From: Intoshia linei
Lineage: Eukaryota > Animalia > Orthonectida
DNA length: 33,229 nt
Assembly (NCBI GenBank): GCA_001642005.1
Contig: LWCA01000301.1
Coordinates: 1 to 33,229, forward strand
Direction: 5' to 3'
The notes beneath the pieces were generated by a model. That model ran no database searches. It was not told the DNA's origin and saw only the letters and a list, made by a program, of their open reading frames with translations. This document shows positions 21,598 to 33,229 of the stretch, one piece after another (positions within the stretch are counted from its first letter, which is position 1; each line of letters starts with the position of its first letter). A program made the translations under genes and the position numbers.

Positions 21598-24500
21598 TTA
21601 ATCGTTTTTGCTAACCAACACATTTTTAAGATTTTCAATAGAATTCAATGATATTAACACATTCTTATCTTGGAGATATTTGTAAAAGTAATCTAAAAAT
21701 AGTTCATGTAAAATATATAAAAAAATAAAAAATTTTTTAAAAATGTACAATCTATTTTTGTTAAATTACTAATTATACATCGGAATTAATCATAAATATT
21801 TATAAAATTGACAATTTGGTGATGAATTTCAGGTACATAGAATAAATTAAATTTACTTGAATCACAAAAAATTTTTGCATTTTTATTATCTTCAGACAAT
21901 AGTTGCATAATTTTTTTCAAGAACATTTCAACAACTTGAATCCAACAATATACTACAAATGAATCATTTCTTGAGCGGTCGACGTTTTCTAAATTAAAAA
22001 TGATTACAATAAAAATAAAACATGTATTGTATTAAAAACCATCAGTTAATAATTGTTCCATTAATTTCGCAGGTTTAATAGACTTACAAATCGGCTCCAA
22101 ATGTACATTTAAATGGTTCAAATAATTGCAAATCTAAAATAAATCAAAGAAATGTAAAAATGATTATGCTGTCAATCTGTCTTCTAACCAAGAAACATGG
22201 AATCTTATATTATCAATGTTATTATTTATATATCAATAATTGACAAATAATTTTCATGGAAAATCTGTAATTTCAATGGTCCATATCAAAAAAATTACCA
22301 CGAGCGTTGTATTAATATAAGTTAACATAAAGTCAGTATGAAATCAATTTCAAAATCCAGTTTGACGAAAATCAGACGTCGAGAAGTAAATTATTAAATC
22401 ATTTAAGTAAAAAATCCAATTTTAGAGTTGATATCTTAAAACATTTTTTCATTGTTAAAAAAAGCATCAGAGACAATTATGATGCCGCCATAATAATTAG
22501 TAATATACGTTCAATATATGACACGACGGGTAAATTTGTTCATCATCGCACTGAATCTAAAATTTTAGTTAAAACACATTAAAGATAAATTTACTTCAAA
22601 TTTGTTAATTTGCACAAATTCTTTATTTATTGGAATCGACAATACATCAAAAATAACAGTTAGGCAAAATTCGTAAAATTTGTTAATTAAACGATTTATT
22701 CTGATAAAAGCTATAAAAATATATATATGTTAGGGTCTCCGCTAATTAACGTATTGAAAAGTAGTTTTCAGTATCGTTAATAACGACTAAAAAATTAATT
22801 AAAAACGATTGGTTGTTTTGGTCGATTATTTGTAAGTATCTGATATTAGACCAGATTTTTGCAATTTAACAGGGCGATGAAGATTTTTTAGTCTTTTTAG
22901 AAAATTTATTAAGATTTATGTGTATTTTCAATATTTTCATATTTTACACTATAATCACTTTTACAGAAAAATAACTTAACCAATTTTAAAACTTTAATAA
23001 CATATACATATTCTACAAAAATAGCATATATTCTGAATATTAAATAAAAATTGATTAATAACACATTTTTTTAAATTCATGTCTAATTTTAAAATATAAT
23101 TATAATATTCTTACTATACTTTTCATACCCAACTGCTAAATAAAAATAAAACATATTTTTCATAAATAAAAAAATTGAACACTCTAATAAGTGGTATAAA
23201 CAAAAAATAAAAAAAAATCTCGGAAAATATTTATAAAAAATAGATATATGCTTCAATGAGAGCAAGTAAAAATCGACAATATAAATTTAGATATTAAACT
23301 ACCCGTCGCTGCATTAGGTTGATTCAGATCCAAAGACTGTATATATTTCTTAAAAATGTTGGAATGCAATTTACTTTCTTGATCATTATCACTTTGACTG
23401 TAAAAATTAAAATCAGTTTAAATTTAAAAATACCAAAGAGAATCCATAAAAGTATTTATATCTGTGTTAAAACGGTCTAAATTATAAAGATACATAAAAT
23501 GATACATCTTCCAAATATATGAACACACGAACCACAATGTAATTCATATAATGTAATACATAAGATATCTTATGTAATATGTAGGATTATTGTGACAATA
23601 TTTGAAAAATAAAGTCCATAAACTATCCGATACTGTATACGTTTATTAAAATTCTAGAACGCTTGGGAATTATGTATTAACAGTGAGCAGGGCCTGGTCT
23701 ACTATGCGTAAATTTAAGTTTTGTACACTAAATCCATTAAATTCATGTGTATTTATGTCTATTATAGATTCCTTAGAATTTTATAAAGTCCACATTTTTA
23801 TTAAAGTTTTTTCCGGGTGAAAGTGAGATAAACTGCAACCTCCCAAACTCATAACTTATGAGTCAAAAAGCCCAATTATCATTTTTTTGAAAATCAAACA
23901 AATTTGACTATTTAAAAAAATATACACTTTGATACAGATTTCAAAATCATAAATATTATCATAAATTTAAATTTAAAAAAAATATATCATAAGGTTAAAA
24001 CCCCAAATTACCTTTTTTTTTAAATAAAAACAGTCCTAGAATTTAAAAAAAATTACAGGTGGTACAGTTGTACAGTGAGGCCTCTCAATATCGCCAACTC
24101 TCAATACCGCCACTATTTTTCAATTTTGTAACAAACGTATAAGAAAAATTTTAATTACCGCTACAAATTTAAAAACTTTTTAAAAAAAAATTGTCAAAAT
24201 GTGTTATAATTTAACTTAAATTTTCAATTTAAATTTTATACAAAAATATGGTGGCACTAGTTTACCATAAATTATTTTTACCTCCAAATGTTACCAGTAT
24301 CATTCAACAACTCGATCAAGGAATAATTAACTCATTTAAAATAAAATTTAATAAGAAAAAACTTTATGGGATCATCAACCAAACAGGAGTTAATACATAA
24401 ATAGCATACAAGCGTCTCAATGTAAATGATGCCATTATTTATTCATACTTGGCATGGAGTGATGTAAAACAGGAAACGATAGTGAACTGTTTTAAAAAAG

Positions 24501-27500
24501 CGTTTAGTGTGGACGAAAATATTCCCATCGAATTTAAACCTGAGGTAATAAATTCCAATTTTCACGAGGAATTTATCTCTAAGGCTAACATTATTAATCC
24601 TGTGAATGCTGAAGATTTTAATCGACATAATTATACTGAAAATGATGCAATTATAGACATTGACGATGAAATATTTAATAATACAAATGCATTGGTACAT
24701 TGCAATGTACCAAATGAAGACGACGATGAAATTAAATCCGAACGTAAAACGGAAAAATCAGAATTTTATATGGCTTTAAAAACATTAAAAAAATGTTTTG
24801 ACCAAACTGATTCCTTAAATGTTTATGCTATTTAAGGCATAGACATGCTTAGTAAAGCATTAATGTTAAATAGAAAGAGGAAAATAAGATTATTTTAAAA
24901 AATAAAATTATTTAAAATTCTTAGTTGTTTGTATTCTTAAGATAACAATTATATATCATTCATAGTATATTAATTTCATTCTATTATATTGTTTTGGTTC
25001 GTTGAATTATCGTTTTTTCGTTATTTTACTTTATATATTTATGTTTATTGTTTAACCGTTTCTATTACGCTAAACTCTCAATACCGCCATAAATATTGAA
25101 ATACCAAAATTGGCGGTATTGAGAGGCCTCACTGTATCATGTTAACACACACAAAAAATTTAAATCTGAATAACTGACGCCTTCACGATCAAAAAAGCAT
25201 TTTAATATTCATATATTTTTATCCCAAAATATTTCATTTACATTTTATTTATTGTTAACAAAAAATGTGAAATAAATAACGGTCCAAAAATTAAAAAAAA
25301 AAAATTATTCTGATAAAACTTATTCCAGTTGATATAAATACAAAATTTCAATCCCAAAAATCTTTTTAAGGATTTTTAAGTTAACTTTTCAACGTGAATT
25401 TATTTTTTTGGTAGAATAAAAATGTGCCCTCACAGAGCTAGGTGCTGTTTGTACGTAGTACATAACAGTCAATCGAGTATAGTATATTGTATATAGTAAA
25501 TGTATAAGTCAAGATTACCCACGAAATTGACAATTAAAGCAATTTTAAAATAATATTGATAGTTTGATTCATTCAAAATATCAACAATGCTCAGGTAATA
25601 TCTCTTTAAAATGCCTTCCAATTCACAAATGTATTTATTAATAAAAATCTAAAATCATAAATATATAAATTGTGACAGACAATAGATAATATATTTTTAA
25701 TAAATTAAAAAGTCGCCCCTCGTTAGCTGCTGTTTGTACGAAGTACACTAAATAACAGTCAAGCTAATTTAAAAGATATAATAAATAATCATTATATGCA
25801 TCAATATTAATAAAAGTACTCTAAATGCATTTGAGAAATATCCAGCAAATTGATAACCACTGATAAGATTCACATTTTTCCAAAGCTAAAATAAAATTAA
25901 TATTTTGCAATAATTTAAACATTTTAAGCCAATATTGATTAGCAAGTTAATATTGTGTGGTACGCAAAATCGCTTAAAAATATTATTTATCAGTAATTAG
26001 CTAATTTTTGTTCTACTTTTAACATACTTAATTCTATAATAGCATACTGTATTCACGAAATTTGTGCGGCCAGCGACATAATGATACGTGGTCAATGCGG
26101 ACCGCATATAAATAAGTTTGCACACCATTGATTTAGGTAGTTACAAACTATCTAGTTCCATAGTAAAAAATAAAAAAATTATACGATTTAAATAAAATAC
26201 TTCATTCGAAATTAATAAAATTTGGTTAGTCGACTGTTCAATGACATCTATACATTTCGATGAATCATGTGAATCCTATAAATAAATCAATTATGCTAAA
26301 TATATAATGTAAAAATAATTAATATACTATATACTTACCCTTTCATACAAAGTTTGCCATTTGCAATAATAGTTTGATCTTAACGATTTGATCATTACCT
26401 CTTACTATATCTTTTGGAGTAACGTTTAATTTTATTATTTTAATTTGGAATATTTAAGTACTTCAGCATGTTAAAAATTCCATGTAAAAACGCAAATTTT
26501 AATATTATATTATACTAGGTTGACTGTTATGTACTACGTACCAACAGCACCTAGCTTTGTCGATTGCACATTTTTATTACACCAAAAAAATAAATTAACG
26601 TTGAAAATCTAACTTGTTTCAGGTGGAACCATCATATCCCATTACTTTTTACTTTAAAGTAAATTATCCCATTTTTTTAATTTATTAGACAGAATAAAAA
26701 TAAATTATTAAAAATACAGTTAAAAACAGTCCAATCCTAAAAATTGTCATAAATAGCATAAATTCCATAAAAAATAAAATTCTAAAAACCTATTTTGTCA
26801 TTGTCAATGTGATGATATATATTCAATACCAATTTAATCAGTACTTAAAAATACTAATTATTTATTAATAATTAACGGACTCTTCACTTTATAAACATAT
26901 TTCAAGCAAATTTTACCAATATTGCAAAAGATTGTAATACATATAAAAATAATAATAACAAAGTTGTATTACTTTTAGTTTCGTTGATATAAATTTTATT
27001 GAAATTTCTTACAAAATATTTTGAAACTGAAAAGTTGAAATTTAAAAATTGGATAGCAATGAAAAAATTTGCGGATAAATGAATTATATAAATATTCACC
27101 CATATTTCTTTATTGGAAATGTGTAGACGTTCAATGCACATTTTTTTTGAAATTGTAGGATCAATATTTACATTTTCAATTTTTATTTTAATCGAAATAT
27201 TTTAAAAATGTTGGTTGATAATATATTAAAAATTATTTTTCACCGGGAATGCGTAGATTTCTGAAATTGAAATTTTGTATTTATATCAACTGGAATAAGG
27301 TCTATCAGAATAATTTTTTTTTTAAATCTTCGGAAAATTAATTATTTCACATTTTTTGTTTTAGTAAAATATTTTGTAAAAACAAAATATATGAATACTA
27401 AAATGCTTTTTTGACTATGAAGTCGTCACTTATTCAGATTAACATTTTTTGTGTGTGTTAACAGGATATAACTCTACCACCTGTAAATTTTTTGAAATTC

Positions 27501-30500
27501 TAGGGCTGTTTTTAAAAAAAAAAGAAAGGGGAATTTGTGGTTTTGGCCATAAAGATATAATTTTTTTAAATTTAAATTTATGATAATATTTATGATTTTG
27601 AAATCTGTATCAGAGTGTATATTTTTTTAAATTATCGAACCCGTTTGATTTTCAAAAAAAAGGACAATTGGGGTTTTTGACCCGTAAGGTGTGAGTTTGG
27701 GAGGTTGAAATTTATCTTGTTACCACCCGGATAAAACTGTAATTGAAATGTCGACTTTATATAATTCTAAGACTGGTAGTTATTGAAATAAAATTAAACA
27801 CACACACACAAACAAAGATTGCGTAGCACATTATATAAGTAAGGATTGATATTTTTTTGAAAATCCACTGAATGTATGAAAGGTTTAATAAAAGTATTTG
27901 TATATTATCTCTATGAATGTCTAAAAAAATGATAAAAACTTAAGTAAAATATTTCCGTTGTTATCTCTGTAACAACCTAAATTTTATTAAATATCAAATT
28001 CAGATTATTAATCCATTGGTGCCCAAACCTCGCTATGATTGACCTAATCCCATTATTTTTAAAATTTGTGAGGGAAATAATGTTTCAAGTGTGGAATAAT
28101 ATTTTTAAGTGGAAAATATTATTTGAAAATATAAAGTCAATTTAGAAGAAATTTCTTATGTCGTACGGTGTTAATAATTTATTAATTTTTAAAATTCGAT
28201 CAAAGAGTTAACACTCTATATATCTATACTAAAGTGTAAATTTTTTCACTTTTTTGTGAACATACAAAAGTGCTACCCCATACGTCAAAAATGGGGTTGA
28301 ATAATACACAATTATCAAAAAATTATATAAAAAGGATTAAAAAAAACCTTGGGGCAAAGCACTTCAAAATATGAATAATGAGCAAAATTTAATTTATTTT
28401 GTATAGTAAATTTCATAATAATAATTGTTTCCATAACAATTAATTTTAAATTTATATTTTTTTATATTTATTCAGTTTTCTCATTAGAATCGGTTTTTTA
28501 TCAATTCGGCGTTCATGATTCGCTAGACGATAATTTTGCGCATCTTTATAGCTATTTGTATAAAAAATTTTATATTTAAAATAATATTTTTAAGATAATT
28601 GTCATATATTTGTTACTGTGAGCGATACATTGTTCAAAAGTTTAAAGGCGATGGCCCAGGGTTTTTTTAACAGTTGAAAGGTAATATTGAGTGCAAATTG
28701 AATATTTTCAAAATGTTCATATGGTAGAAGAGTGCACATTTAATATAAAAATTCGTTCACATCCCTAATGTATACTCTATATATGCAGTGAAACACACTC
28801 AAAGATTTAATTAACATATCAATATAATAAAAATCCCAATTTACATATTTCATATTTAAAAAATGTTAAAAAAGACCAAATCGTATAATTGCATGAAAAA
28901 GATACCATAATGATGTTGTCAAATTTATCAGTAAACCAATTTATAAGCATACTTTCAAAGTTTAAAAATATTTCATTAAATGGCTTGTAGGTTTGAGAAG
29001 AAAGTTTTGTAGAATCTAAATGTTTATATGAAATCAGTCAGTAAAATTAACTAACCTCGACTACGCTTCAATTTAATAATAAGATAATTTATCAATGAAT
29101 TTGTACAGTGAATATTTTTAATTAACTTTTCAAGAGATATATTTATTGGAATTTTAATTAAATTTGAATTGTTAATATAATCAAAGATATTTTCAACAAT
29201 ATTTTCTATACAAACACAAGTTGCTACATTTTCAACAGGTATATAAGAAACCTAGAAGATTTAAAATCACAATAATTAAAACATCTCATATTACAAAACA
29301 ATGAATTATACATTTTTCGACAAACTGAGCAATGGTTTCATAACTATAACAAAAAAATTACCTCAGAATCCACAAATGTTTTAATGCAATCATAAATAAT
29401 ATCAATTTTTTTTAAATTTATGCACACTTTTTGTATTTCATGTTTTAGTTCCGACTAAATAGTATCCAATAAAATTAATGATACATAATAATATTCCTAA
29501 TTACACTGCATACCAATATTACTTGTTAAAACTATGCGTGTGGTAACATTTGAAATTTTTTAGCATTTCTATATTTTACAATTACTGCATAATATGCAGT
29601 ACATATAAAGTATATAAAACAGTGTTAACATACCAATATACAGTAATAAATCGCTTAACGAACTCCCGAGTTAACAAACAAATTAAAAAACACAAAAAAA
29701 TAGAAAAATGGGCGAAAATTAATATCATATAAATAATAATAAATATAAATGAATTTATAACTATTTCAAACAAAATTATATAAGAAATAGTAAGTAAAAT
29801 ACGCCATTCATATTTAGAATTCTCTATTCATGTTGGCTAACGATATTTCTAAAACAAATAATGCTATTGAGGGCTTCCATAGTATATTCAAAAAATCATT
29901 TAATTGCTCATATTACAGCAAAAGCAATATGTATAAGCCTTAAAAAATGCAGAGGAATTTATACGACAGAAGTATGAAAAAAAATTATTAAACCAGAAGC
30001 TTTATGTCAAAAAAAAAAATGCAATTAAAAAAGCAGAATTGCAAAGAAAAATCATGAATACTGCTGAAAAATAGAGAATTAAATATGTATTTTTATTATG
30101 TGATGACGTATACTACGATAATATCAATTAAAAATTCTCCTTACACATTTTTCGTCATTTCATCAATCAATTCATCATCGTTTTCACGGTTTTGATTGAA
30201 CACCCAATTATATCAAATAAAAAAAAAAATTTAAATGAAGTTACAAAGGCTTGTCCCTTACATTATCATCTTTGTACAATATTTGAAAAATTGATAGATG
30301 CTATTGATACGGAATGAGGCCCAACACTAAAAGAATTTTGGACATCTTTCAATGTTCTGGATGCAGTAAAAATAATAAATAGTGAATGGGACAAAGTTTC
30401 AGAGAAAAATATAAAAGGCGTTTGGCACAATCTTTGGCCTCAAATAAAAAAAGATTTTAAGGGCTTTGAGGAACCAGTAGACATTGTTAAAAATAAAATA

Positions 30501-30922
30501 AAAAAGATCGTTAAAATTGCTAATAAATTGCAACTCGATGTTAAAGATCTCATTGAAATGGAAGATCATCAAGAACCAGTCCAAGAAAAAGAAAATCATC
30601 CAGTTGAAACTCTTGTTTATTTATTTAATCTGAAAAGGCTCGAGGAATTTCACATCTTACGGGTCAAAAACCCCAGTTATCCCTATTTTTGAAAATCAAA
30701 ATGCATCAATTTTATATTTGTTAAAAATTTTTATAACATTTTAGTATAAAGATAAAGATAACTTTAAATTAAAACGGGTAATTTTATATCCCTGAGATCC
30801 TTAAATCCTTAAATACTATATTAATATCAAAAAATAAACCTTCTTAATACGAGCATAGACTAATAAAAATTTTTCAAGTTGATAACAGTTGTTATAAATT
30901 TGGATAATATTGATAATTTCTT
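21598..30922 (-). CDS. COG7: Divergent COG7-like conserved oligomeric Golgi complex subunit (5'-partial)
   Basis: Phase-consistent exons: 30922-30840, 29454-29362, 29251-29056, 29015-28906, 27976-27940, 27026-(26973 or 26917), [unresolved], 26378-26349, 26275-26201, 25885-25820, 25648-25519, 23476-23434, 23397-23303, 23135-23120, 22839-22807, 22700-22595, 22556-22509, 22133-22040, 21988-21857, 21692-21598. Colinear weak matches to human COG7 as recalled: KLLLQMANF-DSHDSSKCIDVIEQSTNQI ~ NLLIQMSAV..HGEVIDCVQELSHSVNKL; IFINKYICEL ~ LFAKYVSDF; FDVLSIPINKEF ~ FDSVFLRIKQQL; YPSCHILNICNYLNHLNVHLEPI ~ [23 protein letters not shown]. The existence of the gene is more certain than its name. Confidence 0.62.
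23765..25477 (+). mobile_element. Helitron-like repeat (copy A) split by a Tigger insertion
   Basis: 23765-24072 and 25137-25360 align with 27260-27770 (reverse). It ends with the family hairpin (GTAC-GTA-GTAC) and CGAG|T. Confidence 0.75.
24073..25134 (+). mobile_element. Internally deleted pogo/Tigger element, 1062 bp
   Basis: 25-bp TIR CAGTGAGGCCTCTCAATA(T/C)CGCCAA with one mismatch and TA on both sides. Subterminal CTCTCAATACCGCC repeats. Retains the transposase C-half IFLPPNVTSIIQQLDQGIINSFK...AWSDVKQETIVNCFKKAF with an in-frame stop (ORF 24449-24835). Confidence 0.93.
25705..25767 (+). repeat. Solo Helitron-like 3' end (copy F)
   Basis: GCTGTTTGTAC-GAA-GTACA...AACAGTCAAG-CTAA|T. A further degenerate copy lies at about 13560-13622. 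Confidence 0.6.
26515..26670 (-). mobile_element. Helitron-like 3' portion (copy D)
   Basis: Reverse complement ends ...GCTAGGTGCTGTTGGTAC-GTA-GTACATAACAGTCAAC-CTAG|T. Confidence 0.75.
27099..27845 (-). mobile_element. Helitron-like 5' and internal portion lacking its own 3' end (copy B)
   Basis: Starts A|TCCTTACTTATATAATGTG with a short (TG)n tract. Colinear with copies A and C until GAAATATGGG (about 27100), where similarity stops. Confidence 0.75.
29851..30000 (+). pseudogene. MULE (Mutator-like) transposase C-terminal remnant
   Basis: KTNNAIEGFHSIFKKSF...ALKNAEE resembles the MULE (R/K)TNNxxEG(W/F)H motif; disrupted. Confidence 0.65.
30240..30600 (+). pseudogene. Tigger1/TIGD1-like transposase C-terminal remnant
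   Basis: LKEFWTSFNVLDAVKIINSEWDKVSEKNIKGVWHNLWPQIKKDFKGFEE, compared with Tigger1 LKTFWKGFTILDAIKNIRDSWEEV...GVWKKL...DFEGF as recalled. Confidence 0.8.
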
Positions 30923-31259
30923 CTAAATTTTAATTTGCATAAATTTAATAATTCCCTACTAATAATATATATTATACAATCTCACTTCTCTATAATGTAT
31001 CCTGTCAATAATGAATTTCTATGATAATGAACGAGTTGGTCAAAATTTAAATATTATACAAAATGGTATAGGCATTTCAAACATTTTTAATCCTTTCGCT
31101 GTCAATACAAAATGATGTTTCTCATCACACATCGGAAAAATTAGATTCCATTTGAATTTTAGTATGAGCTAATTTACCAATGCTTCATTTATATGCTAAT
31201 TTTTATACCAAAAGGCACGTTTGTTTATCTATTGTTCATTTACTGAGTGACAGTTACTA

Positions 31260-31945
31260 AATGAGCCATATTCGCATTAGTCTCTAAATTAATAAATCTA
31301 CAGATGATTCTAGCGTATGGCAATGAATTGTTTATGTACGATATATCAAAGTAATATTATTTATAGATGAATTCTTATTTTGCATCAGGTTAAAATCAAC
31401 AACAAAATCTTTACAAAATTTTTAAATTGTACATGAATTTTTCAGTAAATTTAATATAGATTGGCTTACTATTGGATCGGTATGTGCAGATAATGCTCTA
31501 TCAATGATAAGATGTAAATCACTGCATTATTGAAAGAAAAATAACTATATATCACAATTAAACATTGTATTTGACATCGTCATGCTTTGTCGGTATGAAC
31601 TTTCCCGCCCTATTTCCATAAAGTCCTTTCAGAACTTTCAAAATATGTTAAAGTAGTTAACTTCATTAGGGGACGTAGATTAAATCTCAGATTATTTAAA
31701 ATTTTGTGTAAAAAACTTAAATGCAAAGTGAATATGGTGTTCTTTTTAATTAAAATATTCAATAAAAAAGTATTCAGTCGTATAGCAGAAATACTAATAA
31801 AACAGAATTACATGAGTAAATTAAAGTTTTTCTTAGCCAAAGACTAAGTGAACTTGCCGAAAATTTTGAAAATGATGAATGTTTTATTTAGCAGATATAT
31901 TTAGTCATTTATATAGTTTGAATGCTACGATGCAAAGAATTTAAT
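31260..31945 (+). pseudogene. hAT Buster/Charlie (ZBED5/FAM200-like) transposase remnant
   Basis: In order: STDDS, YVRY, EFLFC, SVCADNALSM, HCI*HRHAL, VKVVNFIRGRRLNLRLFKILC, LADIFSHLYSLNATMQ. Multiple stops and frameshifts. Confidence 0.85.
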
Positions 31946-32996
31946 ATATTCAAAATTTAAATAAAAAATTTTTACAATAAATAAAAATCGTCCAGATTTA
32001 TAACTGTCCTAGTAATTTATTTTCGGTAGAAAAAAGGAAACTTAACGTATATAATTATATCAAATTAAAATTGATAAACGGACATGTAATAAAATTTTTC
32101 ATTACTAATACACAAAATATTTTAGGAATCGACGAATGTATACAATTGAAATTGATATCTATCAATAATGAAGTTAATTACGTACGATTAATAAATAAAT
32201 GTACTTATAATTCCATTGTCACTAAATTTTCCAATGTTATATCTGATCGTATAGGTCAGTGGTGGGCAAACCACGGCCCGCGAGCTAACTAGTATTGTGC
32301 TATTTATATAGATTAAAGTGTCCTAAAACACTTAATTTAAACAATGCAAAAGTAGTCCACGGGGAAAGATGAACTCTTTCATTGCAAACAAGATGATGTG
32401 CTTGAAATTGTCTAACTCTCAAAAAAACCCTTGACCTTTTGCATTTTAAACTAATTTTTAATACAATTTTTCAAAAACGAACATAAACTTTATAAACAAA
32501 TATTGGTATTGTAACGATGTAAATTCATGCGTATAAATAGTATATGTAAGATTTGTAAGTATATATTATGCCATGGTTATCACAGTTTATCAGAAATCCT
32601 TCTCAATAAAACCCTATTTTATCTAAAAAGTTATAAAAAACAGAATTTATAGGATAGAGGGTTTCTTGGTGTTTTTTTCTAACAATTATGACATTTCAAA
32701 TACATAATCTTGTTCGAAAGAATTTTTGTTATATTTATATTTGGCTACTTTTGTGAAAATAGTTAATAGAACTAATTAGCAGTAAAAATAAGAATAATCA
32801 ATTTTATATAAAAAATTAAAATTTTTTTTTTTAATTTTAAAGTTTATACGCGATTTATTAAATTTGTAGGACCCTGATGTTTAAAATTAATCTATACTAA
32901 ATGGGTATTTGAAAATTTAATAAATATATATTTTCTGCATTGTTTCGAAAAACTGTTTTAGGACACACCTAAATATAGATATATATAATTTATATA

Positions 32997-33229
32997 TAGT
33001 CAAGTTTCGTTAGTAGAGACAAGTTTAATAGATAACTTTGTAAATTTTTTGTTAGAAGAGATTTATTCAAATAAGCATTTACGTAATGCATGCAAGCATA
33101 ACATAGTGTGATATAAATTTGAGTGCATATTTTATTGCTCACAATTATTGACATTGTAATAATAAAATTAAATTAATTTAAATTTCAAAATAATGAAAAA
33201 AACTATCACATTAAACGAAAAATTAGAGA
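32997..33229 (+). mobile_element. Probable left end of a pogo/Tigger element running off the window
   Basis: TA|TAGTCAAGTTTCGTTA resembles a pogo TIR. An ORF from 33193, MKKTITLNEKLE, resembles the start of a CENP-B/psq-type HTH. Confidence 0.5.

Noticed and set aside
5563-25820. Helitron hairpins lying 25-55 nt from splice donors (four cases) as a splicing-regulatory element
   Set aside because: Insertion into introns that were originally only 40-60 nt automatically puts element ends next to exons.
5500-26580. Repeated palindromic motif as CRISPR repeat, terminator or ncRNA
   Set aside because: Copies are dispersed in both orientations with no spacer periodicity, in a eukaryotic context, and end in CTRR|T-like Helitron termini.
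26379-27939. Ultra-short 19-20 nt introns at 26379-26398 and 27921-27939
   Set aside because: GT..AG pairs are common by chance; alternative splicing solutions fit COG7 better, and all well-supported introns are at least 36 nt.
28213-28784. Possible MITE bounded by repeated ACTCTATATAT with an internal inverted AAGTGCT..CCCC motif
   Set aside because: No convincing TIR pair; too weak to classify.
32050-32771. Further 5' COG7-like exons (e.g. 32771-32704)
   Set aside because: Could not be chained with consistent phase or convincing similarity; left uncalled.

Overview
Very AT-rich eukaryotic (animal) genomic DNA with GT-AG spliceosomal introns. Three intron-fragmented genes lie head-to-tail on the minus strand and are mostly invisible in the ORF track. 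(1) A NompC/TRPN mechanosensitive TRP channel gene: 21 exons from 12342 down to 1709, about 1320 aa covering the N-terminus, the ankyrin array and the linker; the transmembrane exons must lie left of the window. (2) An SSUH2-like CxxC zinc-finger gene: 12 exons, 18215-12582, stopping only 239 nt before the TRPN start codon. (3) A highly divergent, 5'-incomplete COG7-like Golgi-tethering gene, 30922-21598. Introns are either tiny (36-80 nt) or swollen by decayed DNA transposons: Tc3-like DD34E, pogo/Tigger, hAT (Buster, hATx-like, hATm-like), MULE and a multi-copy non-autonomous Helitron family. The most notable details are a 6-nt microexon that completes one TRPN ankyrin repeat, phase-0 repeat-by-repeat exon modularity of the ankyrin spring, a Helitron 5' end and a separate 3' end bracketing a host exon, and a Tigger insertion whose empty site is present in the same window. 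All homology calls are by eye against family motifs recalled from memory; no searches were run. I found no convincing wholly new multi-gene system.
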